64,000 bases of DNA. Origin: Eutreptiella sp. 'Long Island Sound 2002'. Taxonomy: Eukaryota; Protista; Euglenida. How positions within the stretch are numbered: position 1 is the stretch's first letter; each line of letters starts with the position of its first letter. Position numbers and translations under genes: made by a program. This document shows, in pieces, positions 48,600 to 59,602 of this stretch. The notes beneath the pieces are model-generated. The model was not told the DNA's origin. It saw nothing but the letters and a program-made list of their open reading frames with translations, and did not search any database. The stretch covers positions 118,048,001 through 118,112,000 of the forward strand of contig OZ038378.1 in the NCBI GenBank assembly GCA_964036045.1, given 5' to 3'.

Positions 48600-50300
48600 C
48601 CGTTTGTGCTCCCCCTAGCGTGGCGGGCGGGACTTAGTTCGCTGGTGAATGAGGCTGGTGCTGAGTGTCATTATTCATTTCTTCACTACTACTTCAAGGG
48701 GTCCCTAGGGATCATGCCCTCAGCCCGCTTCCCCCTGCTCAGGGTTTTGTGGTGGTAGTGAAAGCGCCTGTCTTTTCCCGGTTTCAGCGCTTTTGCTCAA
48801 CTTGTGCCCGTTGTGTCTGGTGCCTCGGGGTTATGGCGCGTTTTGCGACGCGTAGAGTTCTGCTGGGCAACGGTTGCCGCCTGTACGTCCGGTTCGCGGC
48901 GAATGAGACGGTGGGATTTGATCTTGGCGCTCGTGGCGGCGCACATCGCCACGCGCCTTGGTGGCATTACAGCCCAGCGCGTGATGATGGCACGGACTGG
49001 GAAGGTAAAGGAAGCAGCGAGGCACACCTGCCGCGAGGCATGGTTGGTCGCGGTGGGCGTCACGGGGGTGGTGATGACATACGCCACACTGAATTGAGGG
49101 TGCTTGTATGTGGTGCCGTAGCTGTTGGTCAAGGGCCCTTGGAACACTTGTTCCACGCCACTGGTGCCAGGTAATGCCCTGCCTGCTGTTTGTTGATGAC
49201 ACTCTCTTGCCTTGTATTGATTTTTCAAGGTCGGTCGGTCGTGGAGGGGCGCCAAGGGGGGTGGGGGAGGGTTCACACGGAGCTTTTTGTTTTGCCGGTA
49301 TGGCGATATTTTTGCCTTGGTGTGTAGAGGTTTGACATGAACAAGCCCCACGGGGATGCGGCAGCCTGACGAGTTGTTTGTCTGCTTTGGGTTGTTCATG
49401 TGTGTGTTCTTTGGTTGTTTTGCTAAATCTTAGCTCACCTTTTGAGCTATGGTTTAGCTCTATCTGTCGTGTGTTTGCTTGTGTGCGTGCGGTGTGCAGG
49501 GCCCTGTGTCTCGGGATCAAGTTGGCCATTAGACATGAGGCATCATACTTTTGTGAACCACCATTTTGCAACCATAAACCCGCATCCCCACCCCCCCCTC
49601 ATAATGCACTACACGAGTACCTCCGCTCGTCTTCGACCCACATCAGATGTGGCCTACGCCCACGCCCCGTCTACGCCGCCGCCAGCGGGCCCACACACCC
49701 GCCGGACCGACGGGCACCCAATCCACGATCTTTACCGCCGCCACACTCGCCATGCCATGATCATTTGCAACCTCTGCCGGTCCCGTGCTCTGCCTCCATG
49801 CTTCCTATCACCCGATCGCCTACGTCCCCCGCTTCAAAGAAGAATACCATGGTGCGGCGCGCCGCAGCGCCCGCACCAAATGTCTACCTGATTGCCACCG
49901 TCCCCGTACACCCTTGCCCTGCTTGATGACGTGTCTCTCTCCCTTGCACTCGCATAGTCCCCTCTCTGTGTTGTCATCTTGCAGGCAGGCCCTCGGCCCA
50001 TGAGCTACCATCCCGAGGGTATTTATACTGGTGTTAGGTCACGGGGGGTGTGGCTCACCATTGTGCGGGGGGTCATCTTTAATCGGTGCCACCATGTAAC
50101 GGCCCACAGTGGGTCCCGCGTTGGTGCTTTGTGTGTTGGCCTTGTGCCTCGGCCTTTGATGTCGGGCTGAGCGGCAGTGGTGAAGCACGGGGGCGTCGAG
50201 TGACCCCGGGCCACTGCTCAGCCGGAGAGGAGTCGATGCGAGGAGAACAGGGGAGCCAAGGATGAGAGCCGAGGAGCAGTGGTGAAGTCGGGGGTTTTTC
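48600..50300 (-). mobile_element. Decayed LINE-like RT-RNase H remnant
   Basis: RT-like: KGRGTR...PLWAV and ACLQDDNT...VIKQGK. RNase H-like: TNSYG...ASFTFPVRAIITRWAVM...EPDVQAA and a frameshifted KVPAHA. Confidence 0.4.
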
Positions 50301-51585
50301 GGTTCCACGCCGCTACGCGCCGAGCGCATCTGAAGCGGGTGCTGTGACACGCAGTGCAGGCTCAGCGGGGTCAGCCCGGAGTGAAAGAGGTGACCACAGA
50401 AGAAGAGTTGAAGGCATTTTCCGAGAGCAAGTGGTCTTTCCGGCATTGATGTGCAAATCCATTCGACAGGATCAAGTGGTCACTTGTGGAAGCTCCCGAA
50501 GCTGGACAACCTGGTGCAGGGTACGTGGAGGCTGGCGCAGGATAAGCTAATCTCCACGTGATGGAAGATCGGGTATGATTGGCAGCGGTGCAAGGGGTTA
50601 GTGAGAGTGGCCCCGTCAGCGACGTTCAAGAAGAATTTGAAGGCGGCGGCATGGGTGGATACGGACCCGGTTCTCAAGGGTGAGAAGACCTTCCCCCCGA
50701 CGGGGGTATGAGTGCGGAAGCTCAACGTGGAATCCTAGTTGTGGGAGCCACGTGGTGTGGGCTTAGGCCCTCCACCTAAGAAAACAAAGAAAGAAGAAGA
50801 GAAAAGAATGTGCGAATTGGGCCAGTGGTGGGACCAGCGCGATCTCCAAGTGGCGCAAGCCGGAGATGAGCCGGATTAGCACCTTGACGTGGCCCGGCAG
50901 CTGGTCCGACCGGCTCAACGAGGAGCGCCCGAGGGTTTCCCTAGGAGGGGAGCCTGGCGTCGTGCGGAGATGCCGCCGCATCGCCGCCCTCCACCGGGGG
51001 CGCCCCCGGATGGGAATCCGCCCTTGCAGCGGCTGGCATAGGAGATTGTCCGCGACTATGTGTATCTAGGAGGACCAGCACATGCACATGTGCGCAAGGT
51101 CCTTGAGTGCGATCACGAGGCCCCAAGAGAGCTACGGGCGACGGCCGCCCTCGGGGATGAGTGGACATGCAACCTCGTGTCTATGGGCCAGGCGGATGCT
51201 CTGCCCGGGGGAGTGAGGTGCCGCTTGCAGGACGCTATCTGGGATGCCGACAAGGCACAGAATGATAATGGTATTCAGAGGGAGGAGCGCAATCAACAGG
51301 TGGAACTCGGTCAGCAACAACCTTCGGTCAATTTATGAGAAGAGGATTTCTTCGTCTTGGGCAAAACACACGTGTGTAGCGGCACTCCACACCACCTTGG
51401 AAGCTTGGCTTAGGACAGGATTCAACGTTGTAGACGACGAGGCCAAGGGGTGCCATAAGGACACTCACATGTACCACCGGTGCCCAGCATAGAACATTGA
51501 AAGAGAGACCAATATTGTCTGGTTACCGGTGGCAGTTTTAGGAAATCTGTACCGACGTGCATGCGATATGCTTCGGTCCGTCGCT

Positions 51586-51723
51586 TGGAAGTTTTCGAAA
51601 ACCCTTGGAAAGATGCTCGGAAGTTTTGGCAGCCAGATCGGGTCCCAAAACGCAACCAATATCAGTAGGAATGTTCCATGGGCCTCCCAGCCGACCGTGC
51701 CGGGGGAGCTCGGAAGAAATTTT
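51586..51723 (+). repeat. 138-bp direct repeat, copy 1 (copy 2 at 61912-62049)
   Basis: ggaaagatgctcggaagttttgg...ggaatgttccatggg...ccagccgaccgtgccgggggagctcggaagaaatttt is shared by both sites. Confidence 0.95.
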
Positions 51724-52125
51724 TCAACCCAAACCCAGTGGAATTTTGGTTGGATGCTTGGTGCCTACCTTGCCTGCAAGATGCCATGGAGAACAGCACG
51801 TTGAAGCTAATGTTTGTCTACCCTTTGTCTGCTTTGCCTACAAAACTGCATGGAGAACACTGTGCTCAAGCTTATGATTGCTTCCCCTATGTGCTCCTTT
51901 GTGAATTTGGACTTTTGCTTTTGACATGTGCAACGCCAGTTTGATCCTTGGTGGCTGCTTTGCCTACAAACTTGCATCGAGAACACTGTACTCAAGCTTA
52001 TGAATGTTTGCCCTTTGTGCCTTGTGATGCTTTGTGCCTGCTTTTGTGGTTTTCTTTTTGCATGTGTGTCGCTTTCTCACCTAGGCCCCTTTGAGTAGAC
52101 TCACTAATGTATTCCCTTTTTGTGC

Positions 52126-52620
52126 TCAGAACGTGTTGTATTTCGGATCCGGACCAACAATGCGGAGGTTTCTGTATTGTACACGGTACGAGGTCTCATG
52201 TTTGCTGGGGCTTGTCTTGCCCACAGCCTCCCGTGTCGTCAAGACAGGGATTGAAAAATGCTTATGCATAAGCATAGCCAGCAAGGTATCCTTGGGCTGG
52301 ATGCGGTATGCATCAGGGACGACCCTGTCCAAAAAAACCCTTAGCATTCTGGGTTCAATGGTCTCTCACGGCTTATGCCGCAAGGTTAGTGCTGCTAGGG
52401 CGTGTTGGAGGCGCGATTGTGTATCACCCGGTTCGGGAACTTCGGTATTGGCTGTGTCCGCGTCAATGAGCTCGCCCTCAAGCTCCAAATCTGGTTCCGG
52501 GAGCTGCTGAACGGGCTGAGGGGGGCTGAGCGGACGAAGACGAGGCACTAGCGGCACTGCCTTGACTACCAGACATGTCTGTTGCAGGACCGGACCTTTG
52601 CAGAGGAATCTGAAGAGAGG
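52126..52620 (-). pseudogene. Unknown protein fragment, divergent to ORF 52582 (one internal stop)
   Basis: Two annotated ORFs (52366-52632 and 52126-52347) share a frame and read through as EPDLELEGELIDADT...HKP*ETIEPRMLRVFLDRVV...PDPKYNTF. Confidence 0.35.
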
Positions 52621-53571
52621 CTGCGTGTACATTACATGTACTTGAAATCAATACTGTCCACACACCCGGACAGTACCATTCGCGAGTTAAAGTGGACGCA
52701 GAGCGATGTAGTTACTTGGTTCAAAGAGGCCAAGATCAAGAAGCGGTCCAAAAAAGTAGTTACGTGCAACGTGCAGTTCCCCCCCCTCTCATTTATTCAT
52801 GTTCCGTTCGAGGTTTTGAGGGTTATCGTAAATGATGCCTTCTGCGAGTCCCCACATGCAACGATTCACAGCGCCCTCAGAGCCACCATCACAGGTGCAC
52901 ATGTGGTAGAGGTTTTCGGGGAAAAGGACGGCTGGCGGGTGTGGGACCAAGCCCCCTCAGGCACGTGGGAAAAGGTGGTTACCCCCCCCGACGGTGAGGT
53001 TTTCAGAACAGACCAGCAACCCACGTACCATGCGCACGGTGTCTTGTGGGGCATTGAGTTTCTTTTGGCCCCAGCCCCCAAACCTTCTTCCGAGGGCGCA
53101 CCAAAGCGGCAGCGACTTACCATCTTAGGTGCATGGTTGCAGGCCAAGGGTGAGGTCCAGGGCCAGGTTGAGACCGCAGAAGCCCCCCCCCCCCTGCCTA
53201 AGCTGGGGATGCATTGTGTTGGGTCTTCATCAGCCCTCTTTTTCGCTCTGATGTCTTCCATCTCTGCTGCCCTGGCTGCCCGCGCCCAGCCACCAGCTCC
53301 TGCCGCCGTCCCCATCTCCTCGGGTCGATTGGCCGAACTTGGGAGTGGGAACCCCAGCGCCGGTAGCAGTGCCGGTGCAAGCAACCCTTCGCCAGCCACC
53401 CCCGCTTTGTGGGAGGCGCCAGCAGTCGGAGGAGCAGCAGGAGCAGCTGCAACGGGCCCGCCGCCGCAGCAGAAGATGCGGAGGACCCCAAGGGCATGCA
53501 GGCTGCCCACTGCGCAGCTTTGTTGGCGGCTGTTGCAGCTGTGCAAGTCCAGATGGTGCTTGCACAGCTGA
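52582..53571 (+). CDS. Unknown 'ORF-B' family protein, N-terminal part (329 aa open)
   Basis: Long open frame with a globular-looking first ~150 aa. Motif matches to 8.7 kb and 16.3 kb. Confidence 0.55.
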   Translation: MQDRTFAEESEERLRVHYMYLKSILSTHPDSTIRELKWTQSDVVTWFKEAKIKKRSKKVVTCNVQFPPLSFIHVPFEVLRVIVNDAFCESPHATIHSALRATITGAHVVEVFGEKDGWRVWDQAPSGTWEKVVTPPDGEVFRTDQQPTYHAHGVLWGIEFLLAPAPKPSSEGAPKRQRLTILGAWLQAKGEVQGQVETAEAPPPLPKLGMHCVGSSSALFFALMSSISAALAARAQPPAPAAVPISSGRLAELGSGNPSAGSSAGASNPSPATPALWEAPAVGGAAGAAATGPPPQQKMRRTPRACRLPTAQLCWRLLQLCKSRWCLHS

Positions 53572-54491
53572 GTAAGAAGACAGTGTCCTGGTTCGCGGCC
53601 GGGGCACGCTACGGGCCAGACGGGGAGGGGGTGGTGGTGTGGGTCACTCGGGGGGCCGTGACATCCCGCAGGCAAGTGGAGCATCGTGCTCCAATTGGGC
53701 AGATGCCCCCAAACCTGGCCAAGGTGGTTGTGGACCTGGCCATTTTTGACCGGAGTGTGGCAGTGTGTGGGGAGCTGGGGGTTCCGGACCAGTTGAGGAA
53801 ACTGGTCCTCAAGGAGTACCGATCACCCGCCGATCGGTACTCCAAGTTGAAAGGGCAGTTTGAGCAGGCCTGCCAGTCCTTCAAGAAGGCTGAGCAGGCT
53901 GTCCGGGAGGGGGTGGGGGGGAAGAGGCAGGGGGGGCAGGGGGTGAAGAGCAGGGAGGGAAAGCTGCGGGCAGCAGCTACTGCCCAGCAGGGAAGGGCAG
54001 AGGATCTGCTGGGGCAGATGCGGGGGGCTTGGGAGGAGGCAAAGAAACGCCGCCTCCTTAAGGCCCCCCTCCCCAAGATGCCCCCCAGCACCCTCCCCCC
54101 CTTTGGGAAATGGGAGGTGACAGGGGGACACCAGGAGGAGCTCTTGCACGGGGTGGTTTTTGCAGGGCATCCTGGGGGTTGGGAGGTGTACGACCTTGCA
54201 GCTACGGCTGTTTCAAGGTCGTGCACCCAGAAGTTGAGGGACGGGGGGGTTTCGGTGAGGATGCACACCGCCCCCGACTCCTGCAACCGCCGCAACTGCA
54301 TGTATGTGGCGGTTAAGATAATTTTGTGGCACATGAGCCACCCTGTGAGTGTTTGGGACACCCCCCCCGCCCTGAGCCATTTTGCCATGTGGGGGCGCCA
54401 GTGCCGGGAGTTGCTGGACAAAACTGTGGCATGGGCCCAGGTGAAGAGAACTGGAAGTGCCGCCGCACTGGCTGGTGCCCTGCGGCCCTGA
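53409..54491 (+). CDS. 'ORF-B' C-terminal part: coiled coil plus possible His-Asp-Cys protease-like domain
   Basis: 360-aa open frame overlapping the previous ORF (frameshift or intron). Contains LLHGVVF...WEVYDL...HTAPDSCN. Confidence 0.5.
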   Translation: MGGASSRRSSRSSCNGPAAAAEDAEDPKGMQAAHCAALLAAVAAVQVQMVLAQLSKKTVSWFAAGARYGPDGEGVVVWVTRGAVTSRRQVEHRAPIGQMPPNLAKVVVDLAIFDRSVAVCGELGVPDQLRKLVLKEYRSPADRYSKLKGQFEQACQSFKKAEQAVREGVGGKRQGGQGVKSREGKLRAAATAQQGRAEDLLGQMRGAWEEAKKRRLLKAPLPKMPPSTLPPFGKWEVTGGHQEELLHGVVFAGHPGGWEVYDLAATAVSRSCTQKLRDGGVSVRMHTAPDSCNRRNCMYVAVKIILWHMSHPVSVWDTPPALSHFAMWGRQCRELLDKTVAWAQVKRTGSAAALAGALRP

Positions 54492-54639
54492 AGGAGAAAG
54501 AAGTCTCCGGGCAGTTGGCCCCAGTTGGGGGGGGCAAAGGGCCTGTCCCCTTTGCCCCCCTCTCCGTCAACATGGTGCCCATTGTGGTACTTTTTTGCAT
54601 CGCGAACCCTGATTCTGGCCCTGCTATCCCTGGTGTGGG

Positions 54640-54900
54640 TAGGGGGAAAGGGAAGGGGAAGGGGAAGGGGAAGGGGGGGGGTGATTCAGACTCCTCAGAC
54701 TCTGCCCCAGAGATTGCAGTGGGTAAGGGGAAGGGGAAGGAGAAGGGTAAGGGTAAGGGGAAGGGGAAGGGGGGGGTGAAGGGGGGGGTTGATTCAGACT
54801 CTTCAGACTCGGCCCCATAGACTGCAGTGGGTAAGGGGAAGGGGAAGGAGAAGGGTAAGGGTAAGGGGAGGGGGAAGGGGAAGGGGAAGGAGGTGGTGGT
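54640..54900 (+). repeat. GGGAA(G)-rich low-complexity duplication encoding (GK)n / DSDSSDSAP
   Basis: gattcagactc(c/t)tcagactc...tgcagtgggtaaggggaaggggaaggagaagggtaag occurs twice. Confidence 0.85.
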
Positions 54901-55470
54901 TTCAGACTCTGCGTCATCTGACTTAGACATGCCTATTTCCTCGACAGGGGTGAGGAGAGGGCAGGTGGCCCCTGAGTCATCTGACTCAGATTCCAAGGTG
55001 CTTGTTTCCTCCACAGGCGTGAAGAGAGGGCGGGCGGCCCCTGACTCTGGGGCCCCTTCGGGTAAAAGGAGGAAGAAGATCAGCCGCAGCCCATATGTAG
55101 GCTGGAGTGGAGGGGGACTAGGGGACCAGGGGTCACTGCCCCTTCGCATAGTCGTACAGGTCAGGACTGTCCTTGACTATGTGAAGGGGCCTGCCCACCG
55201 ACCTCGCAATTGGCTGAGGTCCTTCCCCCTCATCCATGGGGGTGATTCCGGGCCAGGGGAGTTGATTCTCCTCATTGTGCCCCCTGAGACCAAGGCCGAG
55301 GCCTCTCACAAGGCAGAGCCTCGGCCTGAGCCTGAGTCTGAGGGGGAGGACTGAGAGGGAGGTATATATTCCCGTTCGAGGCACTGAAATGAACTGCAGC
55401 TGCACCTCAACTGCCTGTTGGCATCCATTCATGCTTCCAGCCCAGCTTGTGCTTGTTGTGCCTGTGGCAG

Positions 55471-56463
55471 GGGGCGGATAGTCGAGCACACTTTGGACCC
55501 TTGGATCTCGAAACTGGTTGGAGCAATCCTGGCAAAAAAAGGTTCTGGTGAAAGGTACTGGTTGGGGCTTTCCATACATGGTTTCCTTGACACCAACCAA
55601 AACAGTGGCGCAGAGTGAGGGGGCGGATAGTCGAGCACACTTTGGACCCTTGGATCTCGAAACTAGTTGGAGCAATCCTGGCAAAAGAAGGTTCTCGTGA
55701 AAGGTACTGGTTGGGGCTTTCCATACATGGTTTCCTTGCAACCAACCAAAACAGGGGCGCAGAGTGAGGGGGCGCATAGTCGAGCACACTTTGGACCCTT
55801 GGATCTCGAAACTGGTTGGAGCAATCCTGGCAAAAGAAGGTTCTGGTGAAAGGTACTGGTTGGGGCTTTCCATACATGGTTTCCTTGAAACCAACCAAAA
55901 CAGTGGCGCAGAGGGAGGGGGCGGATAGCCGAGCACACTTTGGAGCCTTGGATCTCGAAACTGGTTGGAGCAATCCTGGCAAAAGAAGGTTCTGGTGAAA
56001 GGTACTGGTTGGGGCTTTCCATACATGGTTCCTTTGAAACCAACCAGAACAGTGGCGCAGAGTGAGGGGGCGGATAGTCGAGCACACTTTGGACCCCTAG
56101 ATCTCGAAACTAGTTGGAGCAATCCTGGCAAAAGAAGGTTCTGGTGAAAGGTACTAGTTTGGGCTTTCCATACATGGTTTCCTTGAAACCTACCAAAACA
56201 GTGGCGCAGAGGGAGGGGGCGGATAGTCGAGCACACTTTGGACCCTTAGATCTCGAAACTAGTTGGAGCAATCCTGGCAAAAGAAGGTTTTGGTGAAAGA
56301 TACTGGTTGGGGCTTTCCACACATGGTTTCCTTGAAACCTACCAAAACAGTGGCGCAGAGTGAGGGGGCGGATAGTCCAGCACACTTTGGACCCTTGGAT
56401 CTCGAAGCTGGTTGAAGCAATCCTGGCAAATGAAGGTTCTGGTGAAAGGTACTGGTTGGGGCT
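55471..56463 (+). repeat. 149-bp tandem array 1 (6 full copies plus 1 partial)
   Basis: Units start at 55471, 55620, 55769, 55918, 56067, 56216 and 56365 (ggggcggatagtcgagcacactttggacc...aaaacagtggcgcagagtgag). Confidence 0.98.
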
Positions 56464-56624
56464 TGGCATTGATCGAAGAGTATTGCATTTTCGAAGGGTC
56501 CGACCACAGAAGACAGTTGGGATGTGGGCATTGCTCAAAGACTATTGAATTTTCGAAGGGTCGGACCACACAAGGTAGTTGGTATTTCAACTCCAAATTT
56601 TCTGATTGTCAGGTTTCTGTTAAT

Positions 56625-57030
56625 GTCAGACAAGCGCGAATCTGGAGAAGAAGGGGGCAAGAAGCGGGAAAGAGAAGCAGTAGCGGAAGGACCGGGCAAG
56701 AGGGTCAGGCTCAAGCGGGAGCCCAAGGAGGAGCCGAAGGAGGCCAAGGACCCCAAGGTCAAGGTCGAGGACAAAGAGATAGCCTCCTCCTCTGCCCTAT
56801 CCGCCCCTGCCCCTGCCCCTGCTCCGGCCCCTGGTGCACCCCCCCCGGTTCCACCTGCACCACCCGCCCCTATCCCAGCCTTCCCTATGGACGTCTTCGC
56901 CCAGGACATGTACGACGTTCGGGCGAGACGTGCGGAGGGAAACATGTCGGTGCTAGACCTCGGTGATCGCCCACAAGGTGTCATCGGCCTCCACTTGGGT
57001 GTCAGTCGAGCCCTTTGGAGGGACATCCCA
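56625..57030 (+). CDS. Putative exon/ORF of unknown function (Lys/Glu-rich then Pro/Ala-rich, then FPMDVFAQDMYDVRARRAEG)
   Basis: Open frame with coding-like composition lying between repeat blocks. Confidence 0.4.
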
Positions 57031-57363
57031 GCCCTCAGCGGCAGGCAGTCGTCAGGGCCGCTTCCCGTGCGGCCCTGGCCACCCTCCTACAGCAGTGGGT
57101 GCAATATCCCCGGGCCCCGTCACCCCCTCCACCCCCTCCGCCTGTGTTGTAGTGTGCCCCCACCACTCCACGGGCCCAACGGTGTTTTTCAACACCACCA
57201 TGAATTGCCATGAATGGTACCATGAATTGCCCAGCTTGTGCTTGTTGTGCCTGTGGCAGGGGGCGGATAGTCGAGCACACTTTGGACCCTGAGATCTCCA
57301 AACTGGTCGGAGCAATCCTGGCAAAAAAAGGTTCTGGTGAAAGGTACTGGCCCAAACCCTTGA

Positions 57364-58209
57364 GTGCTCCCCTGCCCCCCCCACCCCCCCGCCCTCCCGC
57401 CCAGTAGGCGTCTGGCACCCGTGACCCTCTCTTTTCAGCTCGCCATGTCGTCTAGCCCCCTTAGCGTGGCCTCTTCTGTCCCCTCCAGCCCTTCTTTCCG
57501 GGACGGCTGGGGAGATTTGCCGGAGCTCCTGCGGTTCGGAGACCAACCCGCGTCGCCACCGTGGGACTCTGACGCCGAGAAGTGTCTCAGCGAACTGGCC
57601 TCGCCACAACCTCCATTGCCCACACCGCCCCCCTCTCCCCCTCCACCCTGCCGCGCACCAACCTCTCCAAGTCCTCTGCCCAGACCCCACTCAACCCCAT
57701 ATCAGGTCGCCCTCGAAGCCCTGGAGGAGGCCCTGATGTGCACTGCCGTGCCACCGCGACCTCCCAAGTACGTACCCAAAGACCCCCCCACCCCCTCCAA
57801 AGCCACTGTTCACGGGCCCTACAGTGCCAAAACACTGCATCTCATCCGGAACAACCACGGGGGTGGGGTACAGTATTTTGTTGATGGGGTGCTGAACCGC
57901 CGAGCGATGTATCGGTTTGCGGTTCAGCAGCCCAAGAAAAACCCCCTGCGGGTGTGGCAGGAGGGAATGAGAATTAGTCGTTCGCATTTCCTCAACAGGG
58001 ACGAGGAGCATGCAGCAGTGGTGCTTGAAGTGCTGTGTGCTACCCCAAAACACCCTCGTATCCCCAAGCCGCCCCCTCAACCCGTTCCTCGCCGGCCACC
58101 GCGCCCTCGAGCCAGTGATCAAGTGACATTGACCCAATATAGCAGGCACCGCCGTTCCTCACTACTCCCACTGGCTCCCGCCCCAAAGCGGCCGTGCCCC
58201 ACCCCGTAG
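57364..58209 (+). CDS. Unknown ORF (Pro-rich, with a globular segment HGPYSAKTLHLIRNN...LEVLC)
   Basis: 281-aa open frame with a candidate acceptor ctcttttcag at about 57438. Confidence 0.45.
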   Translation: MLPCPPHPPALPPSRRLAPVTLSFQLAMSSSPLSVASSVPSSPSFRDGWGDLPELLRFGDQPASPPWDSDAEKCLSELASPQPPLPTPPPSPPPPCRAPTSPSPLPRPHSTPYQVALEALEEALMCTAVPPRPPKYVPKDPPTPSKATVHGPYSAKTLHLIRNNHGGGVQYFVDGVLNRRAMYRFAVQQPKKNPLRVWQEGMRISRSHFLNRDEEHAAVVLEVLCATPKHPRIPKPPPQPVPRRPPRPRASDQVTLTQYSRHRRSSLLPLAPAPKRPCPTP

Positions 58210-58651
58210 TTTGGCTCGTTGCTCGGGCGGCGAGCCTCTCAGTCCGCCCCCCCACCGCAGAGGCCCCAGTTTGGGTCATTGCTCCCTGCGCAAGCCCCCC
58301 CGCAGCGACCCCAGACTTCGGCGACACGTTCCAAGTTCCAGCTCTTCGGCAACGCCTGAGGAAGTGGACCTTTACGGCATTTTTCAACACCACCAGCTAG
58401 TCGGGCAGAACTGACATCCAAGCCCCTCAGCGGCAGGCAGTCGTCAGGGCCGCTTCCCGTGCGGCCCTGGCCACCCTCCTACAGCAGTGGGCGCAATATC
58501 CCCGGGCCCTGTCACCCCCTCCACCCCCTCCGCCGGTGTTGTAGTGTGCCCCCACCACTCCACGGGTCCAACGGTGTTTTTCAACACCACCATGAATTGC
58601 CATGAATGGTACCATGAACTGCCCAGCTTGTGCTTGTTGTGCCTGTGGCAG

Positions 58652-59238
58652 GGGGCGGATAGTCGAGCACACTTTGGACCCTTAGATCTCGAAAATGGTT
58701 GGAGCAATCCTGGCAAAAAAAGGTTCTTGTGAAAGGTACTGGTTGGGGCTTTCCATACATGGTTTCCTTGAAACCAACCAAAATAGTGGCGCAGAGTGAG
58801 GGGGCGGATAGTCGAGCACACTTTGGACCCTTGGATCTCGAAACTGCTTGGAGCAATCCTGGCAAAAAAAGGTTCTTGTGAAAGGTACTGGTTGGGGCTT
58901 TCCATACATGGTTTTCTTGAAACCAACCAAAACAGTGGCGCAGAGTGAGGGGGCGGATAGTCGAGCACACTTTGGACCCTTGGATCTCAAAACTGGTTGG
59001 AGCAATCCTGGCAAATGAAGGTTCTGGTGAAAGGTACTCGTTGGGGCTTTCCATACATGGTTTCCTTGAAACCAACCAAAACAGTGGCGCAGAGTGAGGG
59101 GGCGGATAGTGGAGCACACTTTGGACCCTTGGATCTCGAAACTGGTTGGAGCAATCCTGGCAAAAAAAGGTTCTGGTGAAAGGTACTGGTTGGCGCTTTC
59201 CATACATGGTTTCTTTGAAACCAACCAAAACAGTGGCC
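58652..59238 (+). repeat. 149-bp tandem array 2 (about 4 copies)
   Basis: Units start at 58652, 58801, 58950 and 59099. A single partial unit also lies at about 57261-57350. Confidence 0.98.
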
Positions 59239-59266
59239 TACTGCAATCTTTTGTTTCCCAGGCACC

Positions 59267-59602
59267 ATGTTTCACCATGAATTTGTTGGGAACAACCATG
59301 CTATATGGGTGAAGGGGGAGATCTTCAAGCTGGAGGCATTTGCCAGCATATGCCCTATTCCAGCTGATCAATTCATGGTGTCAGCCTTTGCCATGAACTT
59401 CCCCACGGCCACCCCCTTGCAGGCCAAGGACCTAGACCAGCTACAGCGCCCCCCAAGTGGCACCTTCACAGTTGTGCGTAGGTCCCTTGGCCCTTTGCGT
59501 ACCACACAGGCCACATCAGTCACCCAAGCACAGAGTGCCAGGCTGCTGCACTTCGCCTTCGCCATGAGCATGTGGTGCCAGCCGCTGTCTTGCGCACCTT
59601 AG
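59267..59602 (+). CDS. Probable N-terminal part of the downstream transposase (different frame)
   Basis: Starts just after the acceptor-like cttttgtttcccag (ending at about 59261) and overlaps the start of ORF 59572. Confidence 0.4.
   Translation: MFHHEFVGNNHAIWVKGEIFKLEAFASICPIPADQFMVSAFAMNFPTATPLQAKDLDQLQRPPSGTFTVVRRSLGPLRTTQATSVTQAQSARLLHFAFAMSMWCQPLSCAP

Noticed and set aside
49570-49800. HAMIICNLC as a PHD finger
   Set aside because: The ligand set is incomplete, and the opposite strand is better explained as a LINE remnant.
55133-56538. Long ORFs on both strands across the 149-bp arrays
   Set aside because: They are periodic translations of a tandem repeat whose length is not a multiple of three.
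57150-57245. FFNTTMNCHEWYHELPSLC as a RAG2-like PHD finger
   Set aside because: The string comes from a triple ccatgaat micro-repeat at the array leader. Cys/His spacing does not complete a PHD and no kelch repeats are seen.
55471-59238. 149-bp arrays as a CRISPR array or as RSS-like (heptamer/nonamer) signals
   Set aside because: The units are contiguous with no unique spacers and no cas genes are present. AACAGTG in the unit has no ACAAAAACC-like nonamer at 12 or 23 bp.
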